A DNA stretch of 64,000 nt from Tubulanus polymorphus. Taxonomy: Eukaryota > Animalia > Nemertea. The stretch lies in NCBI RefSeq assembly GCF_964204645.1, contig NC_134030.1:1905355-1969354 (forward strand), read 5' to 3'. Below, piece by piece: positions 48,779 through 60,500 of this stretch; the first letter of the stretch is position 1, and every line of letters starts with the position of its first letter. The notes beneath the pieces are model-generated. The model saw nothing but the letters and a program-made list of their open reading frames with translations. It did not search any database and was not told the origin of the DNA. The translations under genes and the position numbers were made by a program.

Positions 48779-48860
48779 CTGTGGAATCTGAGCGGAATTG
48801 CGACGATGCTCTCTGTGTTTTCTAGTCGAAGGAATCTTATATTATCCTGCATGTGGTTCT
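48779..48860 (-). other. BAZ2B: Putative non-coding first exon of BAZ2B
   Basis: Strong donor CCACAG|GTAAGA at 48779/48778, just downstream of a CpG-rich segment with a CRE. Confidence 0.5.
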
Positions 48861-49020
48861 CGACGTTGTGACGTCACCATTCATAGCAAACAATTCGTCG
48901 ACATTAAATCGCTGTATCCTAAGCTTTACTAAAATCCATCTCACTCGTTTATTAAACGACGGATTCGCGCAGAATTTCGACACAATGCGCATGACGTTTA
49001 GACGTAACGAATGGTGAACT
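48860..49020 (-). promoter_or_regulatory. BAZ2B proximal promoter (CRE TGACGTCA at 48869-48876, NRF1-like TGCGCATG at ~48986)
   Basis: Motifs seen directly in a CpG-enriched segment upstream of a strong donor. Confidence 0.45.
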
Positions 49021-49924
49021 AATTTCTCCGAATTATTTGAAATAACGGTGAATTTTGAACGTTTGAAATTCGGGAAAGTGGTTGGAAGAAGAAATCGATT
49101 TTCTCACAATGAAGGACGGGTCTATTGAATGCGACCGAATTTATATTTAGTCGACACAAAATGAATTGTAAATTTCTTTGTTTGGGATCCTTTTCTATAA
49201 CGAGCGTTTGATGCATTTTATGGGTTTGGTTTGAATCTGGGCCGGTGCGTGCGCGAGCTATCCGCGATTCTATTACTCGGACTAACTTTTCATTCAGGAC
49301 GAAAAAAAACATCTCCCGGGTGAACTTTTTATCAATCTATTTTTAGCGACGGTTCGATTTCGAGGGTTTATGGTCAATTTTCAAGGCGCTCGACAATATA
49401 TACAATCGAAAAATGTACTAATTTCCATGTGCGAATTACGGTATTTTTGATAAATTAGGGGCGTAAAATTTCCTGATGGAAATTTTTTTTCCAACAAAGG
49501 CGCCCTTAACAAACCCAGGGGTTTTGCTCTCGCGGACCCTCCCCGCCCCTCCCCTCCCCCCATCCTTATCAGTATTGAAATTACTTAGTCATTTACAAAT
49601 TAGAAAATCAAGGAAAATGAATCACGGATATCTTTAATTGAATCTCATAACATCGCATTGATGAACCGCGCGAATTCTGCCTGGATGTTTTTTTATATCT
49701 AGTCCGCGATAATTTAATTTTTTTGGCTGAGAAATTTTTGAACCCCGGTTTTTGAAGTGTTCCAGGCCGGGGTGATTGAATTAAGGATGACGCACGCGCC
49801 AAATCCAGAAAGTGAGTCTATTGAACATTAGTCAGTCACACTTCACACCTGGCTGGTCACCCTCGCAATTGACCAACCACCTCTGGGACTGAAGAGACAA
49901 ACTTCCAAGCGATGCAGTCACTTC

Positions 49925-50073
49925 GCCTCGGTGGTCTAGTGGTTAGTGTGTTGGCCTGACATGCGACAGGTGTGAAGTTCGAATCCAACCAATGTACTAC
50001 GGACCTCTACTTGGTGGTTATCGTGGTGCTGTCCCGTCTCGAGCTGATGATCAGTTGGGCCCTAATCCAATCC
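49925..50073 (+). mobile_element. tRNA-derived SINE (or tRNA pseudogene) in the BAZ2B-TTC21B intergenic region
   Basis: A box TGGTCTAGTGG, anticodon-like loop CTGACAT, B box GTTCGAATCC; acceptor and T stems do not pair; non-tRNA body ends in AATCCAATCC. Confidence 0.65.
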
Positions 50074-51546
50074 CTAGCAAATTTCACTTTTATCAATTTA
50101 CAGAACTTTTGGCGTGGATAATAAAATTAGCACTTTTTAGTGAATTGCACCCATTATAGACATTGAAGCTGCTTGTTGCGCCAAACCAGACGCTGGGGCC
50201 CGGGGGTTCGATTAGCCGTCACTTTTAATGACCACACTAAAAGATCGGATGGAATAGATTGGAATATTTTTTACTAAAAAGTGGTTTAAAATCTTAATTA
50301 AGAGAATGATCATGTTAAGAAAGAGGTCCCACCTCCCTGGTTAAATAAAGAGTGACAATGAAACAATTCGCCCGCCACAGTAAAAAGCGAGGTCACAATC
50401 TCGACCGTATAGTGCTGCCCCTATGAATTACGATAGCGGAGAAAACGTGAACTAAAATTATACTCGCTTGCCAGACACTTTATACGGCCGAAGTGGACAA
50501 ACTATTTACCGATTTGCGGGCCGGATTCCAGAAAAAATTCTAACCGACTCTTAAAATAGAATTGATTGAAACTACTAAACTGGGAATTTTCTAAAGAATG
50601 AACAAGGTTTGACAGATTTAAGTTCCTATCGTTTTTTTGGAATAAATGCCATCACGGGCCTGGATAGGATTGAATGCATCGACTCTGAGTTTGTGAGGAC
50701 AGTAGTTGGCGTGCCTTTGAAACTTTAGTCTCTATATTTTAAATTTTAGAATTTGTAGAGATTTGGGGTTGAAATCCATTCTACTGAAAGCAATGACTTT
50801 GTAAGAAGTGCGAAACAATCTAAGTACCCTACTTAGGATAGTGTGAAATTCTAGAATGCGATTAATTTTAGATATATTGTATAATGTTTTGTATTGCTCT
50901 ACGTGATTGACACATCGACTACAGATATATCTAGCTTTGACCGTATTGCCCGCAAATGGAGTCCCGATATTTCGATTGAAGGTGAGACTCGACCTCAGAT
51001 TACAGGTGTTTGTTCTCTGACGGTGCTTAATTTTCATTTAGCTAATCGCTGATTAATAACTAAGAATAACTAATGAACAATAATATCTTTCGATTCAGAA
51101 GCTTAAGCTAATTATCCAGATTATCATCTAAGAAATTTGCATGAAATATATCTTATATTTCAAAATTTAGGAAAATCTTGAATTTACTTTCAAAAAAAGT
51201 GATTCGTTCGCCGGCGCTAGTGCCGCCGTCTATCGCCAACAATGTTTACGACGCATATTTGGATCTGAACAAAATTTGTGAGTAAAAGTTAAGAAAATTA
51301 AACTTTTTCTGATTGTCATATTAGCAGTTTGATTACACAGTATATATCTAACAACATTGTGCATCATTAGATATCGAGAACTGTGCGACCAACTGTAGTT
51401 AACTCGTAAAAATCACAGTTAGAATTGAAATTTGCTTAGTCTGTGTTTAAATCGATTGATGACATGACGAGTTGTTGCAAGTGATCTTTTTCGTTCTTAA
51501 GAAGATATTTCGTAGCGCTTGAAAACGAAGAAAGCTACCAAGCATC

Positions 51547-54500
51547 ATGGCCGATTCAGACGCTGTCACTTTAGTAAGTAAACATATCTGATACAGAATT
51601 TGAATTCCATGTCTTCTTCCAATCTAGTTAGTTACCTTATCGAATCGTTGGTGGTAAGCTTTTTATAATCGGATCAAAATATACCAACGAAAATATCCGA
51701 TCGTGAAACTAAACCACAGACAGGTTACCGACTACTTCCAATCCATGACCATGATGGCCGTGTTCTGATTCCACTGTGTCCATCTGACTGTTGCCCTTTC
51801 TTACTCGTCTCATGTTACTTTCATTGACGTTTTAGTTAGACTGCGGACCCCAAATTAACTAACTAATAAAAATTATGAATTACATAAACAAATTTCTGAA
51901 GTTTTCTGAAACTCCACTGAAGTAGATCTTTGACTAAATAACTGTAATTCATTTCATTCAGGCTACAATAACGTATTATTGTCGTGAGAAATATTATCAC
52001 CACATGCAGAATGCAGCTTTAGACGGATTACGCAAGTATGGCAATGATCCTATTCTGAAATTCTTCAATGCGTATTCCATGGTTCTTATCGGAGGAGGTT
52101 CGTATTGATTTTATTTGTAAATCTTTGTATAGAATAATTATATTTTATTTACGCTATTCCTATTTTTGTAATAGCATACCAGGCAAGATTTTATTATTTA
52201 AGAAAAATTAAGATGAAATTTACACATCTTATAACAAGCCCTCGTCCCGGTTGCTCAAAGTCGTCATTTAAATCCAAAAGGGATCTTGAATCTTAAGACT
52301 GGTCTCGAGTTATCTGATGGATACTGGTCTTACATCTTAACTACGCCCTGGTTTCTAATTAGTAGATTCTGTTATTGATTTTGTTTTTTTTTTCTTTGTT
52401 TAGATAACTTACAAGAAGGAATGCGAGAGTTGGAACTTCTAAAAGATAAAATAGATGTGAATCTTTGTTCATTGATGGCTTTGATAATAGCGCATAAAAA
52501 ATGTAAAACCGTTGGTAAGTTCTGATCCCACAGATGTGGAATCGGTTCCACACTTCTGTACCTGGACCCACATAGTTAATTTTCAAATACTAAAAATCTA
52601 ATATTGTAAACTTCTAATCGAAAACCAGGGCCGTGAATGATTAGAAATAAATGTTTTATTTTACAGATTCTGAAAGCGTGCAGCAATTAGAGACAAAATT
52701 AAAAGATCAAAGAAAACAAGCTGGTGATAAAGTAAGGAATGTCGCTATCTAGAACTATTCATCTATAAACGACCTGTATCCAGGGGCGGATCTAGGGGTG
52801 AATCTGAGGGTCTTCTCTGTATTCGAGGGGCATACCTAAAAGAAAAGGGCACTGATAACACGCCGAGCGCAGCGCGGAGGTTAACACTGCTTCAGCGCGA
52901 AGCCCTTCCGGGGGTCTGAGGTCTCGCCAGAAAAATTTTGAGATTCCAGCGCTGATTTGAAGCCATTTCCTGCATTATGAATCATGAAATTGTTTTGCGA
53001 GCAAAATTTATTGAGGGCACTTAGAAATTTTAGAATAATCTGTTAAATATGATGGTTAATCTGTTAAATATGATGGTTAATCTGTTAAATATGATGGTTA
53101 ATCTGTTAAATATGATGGTTAATCTGTTAAATATGATGGTTAATCTGTTAAATATGATGGTTAATCTGTTAAATATGATGTTTGATTTTAGGGTTTATAT
53201 TTTGCTGGTTTATTCCTGTTTCTATGTGGACGGTACGACAAGGCTCGAGAGTACGTCGATCGCATGTTGAAAATTAACACAACTAAAGAGGTAAAAAAGT
53301 AGAAAAACTATGACTCAGTTTCACAGTTCTTAATCTAAATTTGAATGAATTACAGTTGAACTCGCTGAAGTCACTATATATGGGAAGACATTTATTTTGG
53401 TAATGGATTCATTAGAATTGAATTTGGTAATATAACAACTTCGCAACTTACACTTAGTAAATTGAATTAGAAATAGAAATTTAGACTCAAAAATAGAGAT
53501 GACTTCAGTAACGTGACGACTTATCCAAATGATGACTTACACTTAGTAAATTGAATTAGAAATAGAAATTGAGACTAAAAAATAGAGATGACTTCAATAA
53601 TGTGACGACTTATCCAAATGATGACTTATACCCAGTAAATTGAATTAGAAATAGAAATTGAGACTCAAAAATAGAGATGACTTCAGTAATGTGACGATTT
53701 ATCCAAATGATGACTTACACTTAGTGAATTGAATTAGAAATAGAAATTTAGACTCAAAAATAGAGATGACTTCAGTAATGTGACGACTTATCCAAATGAT
53801 GACTTATACCCAGTAAATTGAATTAGAAATAGAAATTGAGACTCAAAAATAGAGATGACTTCAGTAATGTGACGACTTATCCAAATGATGACTTATACCC
53901 AGTAAATTGAATTAGAAATAGAAATTGAGACTCAAAAATAGAGATGACTTCAGTAATGTGACGACTTATCCAAATGATGAATTACACTTAGTAAATTGAA
54001 TTAGAAATACATGAATTTAGCCTCAAAAAAGAAAGATGACTTCAGTAATGTGAAGACTTATCCAAATGATGAATTACACTTAGTAAATTGAATTAGAAAT
54101 ACATGAATTGAGACTCAAAAAAGAAAGATGACTTCAGTAATGTGACGACTTATCGATATTAGTTTAGAACTTTAGAACTGTGAGTCTACCTCTAAATTTC
54201 TGCTGATTTATTTCAATCTGTTTGAATTTCTGTTTATGTTTATTTCAGGGTTTAATTATAAAAGGTTGGATCGATTTATTCTGTGGTCGCGACGCGTATG
54301 CTAAAAAATCTGTCAAATATTTCGACGATGCAATGAAGTAAGTAATTAATTGTGAACCCCAGGGTCCAGTTCCACAGAGTAAAAATTTGACCCTGAGTTA
54401 ACTCATTGGAAATGAACTAATTTTAACTCTTAACTGTGGAACTAGGTCCAGATGAATGTTATTTCTGTGTGTACAGGGCCTTACTGAATTTTTGGCATGT

Positions 54501-57500
54501 TGTTGTTGCTGATGTTGACGAGTGACATAAGGAACCTCTTGATAAAGAAACTGCCCTCAGTGAGGATATCTTTAAAAACTAATCAGGGAATGTTTGGAAA
54601 AGGGTCAGGAAAATCAAGAATTCTAGATTCTCTGATCCGTTAGAACTATGTATTAACCCTTTCAGTGCGTCTACACCGCAGTGCGGTGTACGAATCAGTG
54701 GTGGATTTTGCTGGTACACCACACTGCGGTGTATTGTTTAATTAGTTATTACTAATTATCTCTCTTGAAAGATGGCAGCACCTGTCAAACATAGTGTACC
54801 GCGCCAGGGTGTAGACGCACTATAGTGCTATTCCCGTTATTCAACACACTAGGGTGGAATTTTTCAGAATTTTCAAATTATCTTCAGCACTATTGGGTAT
54901 TAATTAGCCAGCACTGAAAGGGTTAAGTGAACTGGGCTAGCTGTACCCAGGGTAAGGGAGTGCGGGTACACTTCGCTTTCTAAGGGTTTTGTTGCTATTG
55001 TGTTAATGTTCGACTGATTTATACGTTATAATGTGTTTGATAGTAGGAGTGAAGAAGGAAGGTAAGAATTATGTTGTTCTTCAGCTTCAGTAGTCTTTCT
55101 AGCATCATCCGTAATTCCAGCTTTGTGTTATTAAAACTAATGTTGAATACATACATTAACTGCTTCATTGAAGTTAATTGCATAATTGCAGTTTAGTTGA
55201 TTCTATTAAAATGTAGGTAGATTTAACATTTTAAAGCCCTATTGCGTTTATTGTGAATTTTTTCACTTTTCCTCACACTCACCTTACTGAAAGTGCTAGG
55301 CATCATTATGCAAGGGCTACGCAACACAATAATAGTCAGACATGAATTGGCTACTATCTGTCACGGTGACCAAAATATAACAACTCATTGCTTTGAATTT
55401 GCTGCGTTCCAAAAATTTTACATTCCTGATAATGAAAGTAGTTTACTAAAAATACTTAATTCATTAAAACATGAAATTGCGTAAAAGCTGACTCGAATTG
55501 AATCTCTGTTTCTCAGAAAGCTCAGTGCACACAATTTCAATATTTAATATGAGGACAAAATTCAGTATTCCTGAAGATGACTATTAGGATAAAGTAACAA
55601 TGTTGAATAGTCTACACTAGCTGAAAGGAAACATTTCAGACTCTTATTATTCTCATTGTGAACATCATGTTTACAGAATGATACAGAATGTTTCACTAAT
55701 GGTTATGATAATGTTTTATTTTATTTTTATTTTTTTGTTTTATTTTATTTTTCAGTCAGGACGGAGTTAAAGAGATCGACGCGTTGTTGGGTAAAGCCAG
55801 ATTCTTCATGATGCGTCATAATTTCAGCGGCGCCCTCGAGTTCGTCAATCAAGTCATCGTAGCTTTCCCGACGTTTATCCCGGGATTCATCGAAAAAATG
55901 AGGCTGCAATTAGCCGTACAGGATTGGGAACAGACTATAGACGTAACGCATAGGTATGATCTTTATTTCGTTCATTTGAAATATTTGTTAAATTTGATGG
56001 ATTGTAATATTTGTTAAATTTGATGTATTGTAATATTTGTTTTATTTGATGGATTGTAATATTTGTTAAATTTGATGGATTTTGTAATATTTGTTTTATT
56101 TGATGGATTGTTATATTTGTTAAATTTGATGGATTGTAATATTTGTTAAATTTGATGGATTGTAATATTTGTTTTATTTGATGGATTGTTATATTTGTTA
56201 AATTTGATGGATTGTAATATTTGTTAAATTTGATGGATTGTAATATCTGTTTTATTTGATATTATCTTCAGGGCGTTGAGTTTAGATTCTCACTGTTTGG
56301 AGGCGATACGTTTTCAGATTTTGAATTTGATTTGTCGCGATGGTAACTATCAGGAGGCGGCGTCGCGTCTGGGCGATCTGTTACAACTAATGGATCGAGT
56401 TGAACCGAAAAATGCTGATAAATTCTACGAATTATCGAGAGGATTTTGTAGAATTGTAAGTTACTCGACACTTGCTGTACTCATTTACTCATTCCTTTTC
56501 ATGTCTGGTGTATGTAGTGTATTTTCAATTGAAAATGTCTCAGATGAAGCACTGAACACATGTGAAGTGTGGACGATCAGTTTCTGAAAGTGCGCTGATA
56601 AAATGTCTGGTGTTTGTAGTTCATTTTCATTTAGAAATGTCTCACGTTAACTACTGAACACATGTGAAGTGTGGACGATCAGTTTTTGAAAGTGTGCTGA
56701 TAAAATGTCTAATATCTGGTGTTTGTAGTTCATTTTCAATTAAAAATGTCTCAGGTGAAGCACTGAACACATGTGAAGTGTGGACGATTAGTTTTTGAAA
56801 GTGTGCTGATAAAATGTCTAATATCTGGTGTTTGTAGTTCATTTTCAATTAAAAATGTCTCAGGTGAAGCACTGAACACATGTGAAGTGTGGACGATTAG
56901 TTTTTGAAAGTGTGCTGATAAAATGTCTAATATCTGGTGTTTGTAGTTCATTTTCAATTAAAAATGTCTCAGGTGAAGTACTGAATTTGCTTGCGGCCTG
57001 GTTTGCTCCAGACTGAAGGGTTCAGTGTCCACGCAGCAGATCAATAACGTTGTAAATTCTAATGAATCTGTTATTTTTTCAGGCGAGTAGAAATACCGGT
57101 ATCTTACAGCAGACGTATTTTATGGCTGAACGAGCAGTCGGCCTCGATTCAACGAACGCTGAATATGTTAATGAGCTCGGGTATGAACTATTGTTACAAG
57201 GTCGCGTGAAGGACGCGATGAAATGTTATAAAAACGCGATGAAATTGGATGAGACGAGCGTCGCTGCGTTGACAGGTAAAGATTAACAATCATAACCGTT
57301 ACGCTCTCAAGTCAAGTACTCTGACTTGAGCGGAGTCTACTGTATCATCCAACTCAGATATCACTCTCAAGTCAAAAGATCAGACTTGAGCGGAGTCTAC
57401 TGTATCATCCAACTCAGATATCACTCTCAAGTCAAAAGATCCGACTTGAGCTGAGTCTTAAAACTCAGATATTGCTCTAAATCAGACCAATTTAGTCCCT

Positions 57501-60500
57501 AAAGACTTTACTTAAGTGGAGTGTACTGTCTCAGTGCCCAGTGATGTTTATTTTGAATATTTCAGGTATAATTCATTGTCAGTTATTAGAGGATCAATTA
57601 GAGGACGCGGCTCAACAATTAGAATTCTTAAACGAAATTCAACAAAGCATCGGAAAAACATCGGTAGAGATTGAAATCCTCAATTCTTTGATAGTTTACT
57701 TGGCGACTCACATTTTGAAGTTCCGATCTTTGATTGTTTCAGGAATTGATGTATCTCAGCGCCGTGCTCGCTCGTAAACGTAATCAAGATCCGCAAATAG
57801 TTCTACAGAATCTCGATGAAGCGATTGAAACACATTTCATCGGTATCAAGGTAAAAACACTACTAAACAATTCATTATACCTGTAGCCTCTCCCCCTCTC
57901 ATTCATTATACCTGTAGTAGCTGTCAATCAAGCCTCTCCCCCTCTCATTCATTATACCTGTAGCCCCTCCCCCTCTCAGACATGTGCTGCCTGTGATTCT
58001 TACAAAACTGATTGAAGACTTCACTAGTTTTTCCTGTCTGGACGCAAGGCATTGAAATGAATTATATTTTTACCTGAAAATTTAGAGACTTCATGCACAG
58101 TTGTCTGAGGGTGAGGCATAAATTGATAGAAGAGAGAAAACCTAAATATTTGTGATGATTTATTTTTACAGGATTTACCGCTGGGGCCGGATTATTACAT
58201 GTATTTGAATCCTGATTTTCTACTACAAGTAATTAATGAGTATTTGATGTACGCGCCGCAGCAGGTCGAGAGTCAACAGAATCAGGGAAACCCGGTACTG
58301 AAACGATGTACGCAGATATTAGAACCATTGAATCGCGCTGTACCCGGAATGTTAGAGGGTCTCTATCTGATGGCTAAAATCAAATATATTTCTGGTAAGA
58401 ATTATTGTATTTTCTGTTTTGGACCTTGTACAGGTATGAATCTACATTCACAGACATTCACTATTGTAAGTGTGAAGTGTGGACGATTAGTTTTTGAAAA
58501 TGTGCTGATAAAATGTCTAAAATCCGATGTTTGTAGTTCAATTTTAACTCATAATGGGGAGATAGAAGTGTGGATGCTCAGTTTTTGAAAGTGAGCTGAT
58601 AGAATGTTTAATGCCGGGACGCAGTTCCACTGTTGTTTGTTAAGTTTGATTCTGAAGTTTGGAATAGTTGATAACAAATGTTTGTTTAAATCATCAACTG
58701 TAGAATTGGATCCTTGTGTTTGTAGTTAATGTTCAATTAGAAGTCTCAAAGTCTCAGCGAGATTCAAGGTTCGGTGCTGCATTGAAATCTTTAGTGCAGA
58801 GTTTAGGCTGTAGATTGATACCTGGGCCCAGTTTCACAAAAAAGTTGAACTCAAACTTTTGGTGTAATCGCTATTGGTTTCTTCATTTCTTCAATGAGGA
58901 CAACTATTCAAATTTAACCGTTTTAGATGTAAACTTTTTCGTGAAACTGGGCCCCGTTTTAGTTCGTTTCGTATTTTGATTTGTTTATTTATTTAAATGA
59001 TTTATTTATTTTCAGGTAATATGGACGCGTCTCAAAGTATCCTGGAACATTGTCTGGACGTCGATCCGTCGATGGCGATGGTTCATTTATTACTCGCTCA
59101 GATATTACTAGAGAAAGGCAAATATCAACAGGCGGATCAATCGTTAGAAATGGGATTGAGTCATCGATTCGAGGTTCGCGAACATCCGCTTTATCACTTG
59201 ATTAAAGCTCGTATACAGAAAAAAATGAACGAAAACGAGGAAGCAGTGAAAACTCTTCAGAGCGCGATGAGTTTACCGGGAGTTCGTAAACGAGGTGAAT
59301 ATAAGTAGAGAGTTTGAACTCGTAGTGAACGCATTCGAGGGTCCTGTTTCATGAGAATGTTTTAGCTTAAAACGGTTTAGGTTTAAGTAACCGCCATGAG
59401 AAAAATCCCGCAATAAATCAGCCATTGATGCAAAGTTTTTGATTAAGAAGTCTAGATATTTGACATCACTAAAACATTACTCAAATATATGAACTTTTTA
59501 CTCAAGAACTTTACACCTGTGCTTGAATTACTGTGGGATTTCTCTTGTATTCATCTTATACAGATAATAAGTATCTTCTCGACTTATTATGAAGTAACCA
59601 GCAGTAATCAAACCCCAAACGTTTGAGTTAAAACTTTTTCGCGAAGCCGGACCCAGTTTGACAAATGTCGAAGACGAATATAGTTTTAACAACTTGTTGT
59701 TATGTTGTTTATAGCTATGCGTCCAGTTCAAAGAAAACCAGGTCGACAACAGTTAGATATCAGCACGAACGACAGAGTATCGGTGTTCCTCGAACTCGCT
59801 GATGCTCATAGACTTTGTAATGAACAGGTTTGTCATCAAATTTATAATATCTTCTCGGTTTCACTGTTCTCTCTTCGGTTGCAATATGACTGTTTTGGGT
59901 GACAGCATTGGTAATGAACTAATTTCTAGTGTTCCCTTTCATAAAAGGTTTTAAGCTTAAAATCAATGAGTTTGAATTGTTAACGCTGAAAACATGAATT
60001 TACTGACTGCAATTAAACCAAAAATATGAGAGTTAAACTTATTCGTGAAGCTGCATTCATCGGATTCAATTTTCTTCAGCACGAAGCTGTTAAAATCATG
60101 CAAGACGCGATCAGTGAATTCGAAGGAACTCCCGAGGAAATACGTATAACAATCGCCAACGCCGATATATCTATCGCCCACGGCGACGTAGATTCGGCTA
60201 TTAATACGTTACGTAACGTACAACCGGGTCAGCCGTACTTCGTCCAGGCTCGTGAAAAAATGGCCGAAATTTATCTACAACATCGTAACGATAAACGACT
60301 GTACGCCGGCTGTTACAGGTTCGTTTCAATAATTCAAAATTCAAATCTAACCGATCGTTCTGTTGCGTTAACTGGTCTGATTTATTTGTATAGAGAATTA
60401 GTGGAGAAGAATCCTACACCTCATTCTTACCTGTTACTAGGAGACGCTTATATGGGAATACAGGAGGTATGTACAAATTATGACGTAATAATGTTTGTCA

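Noticed and set aside
49925-49997. Functional tRNA-Val(GAC)
   Set aside because: Acceptor and T stems do not pair, the anticodon stem is broken and a non-tRNA body follows; treated as a SINE or pseudogene.
53049-53270. ORF with MMVNLLN repeats
   Set aside because: Translation of a 21-bp intronic repeat, out of frame with TTC21B exon 5.
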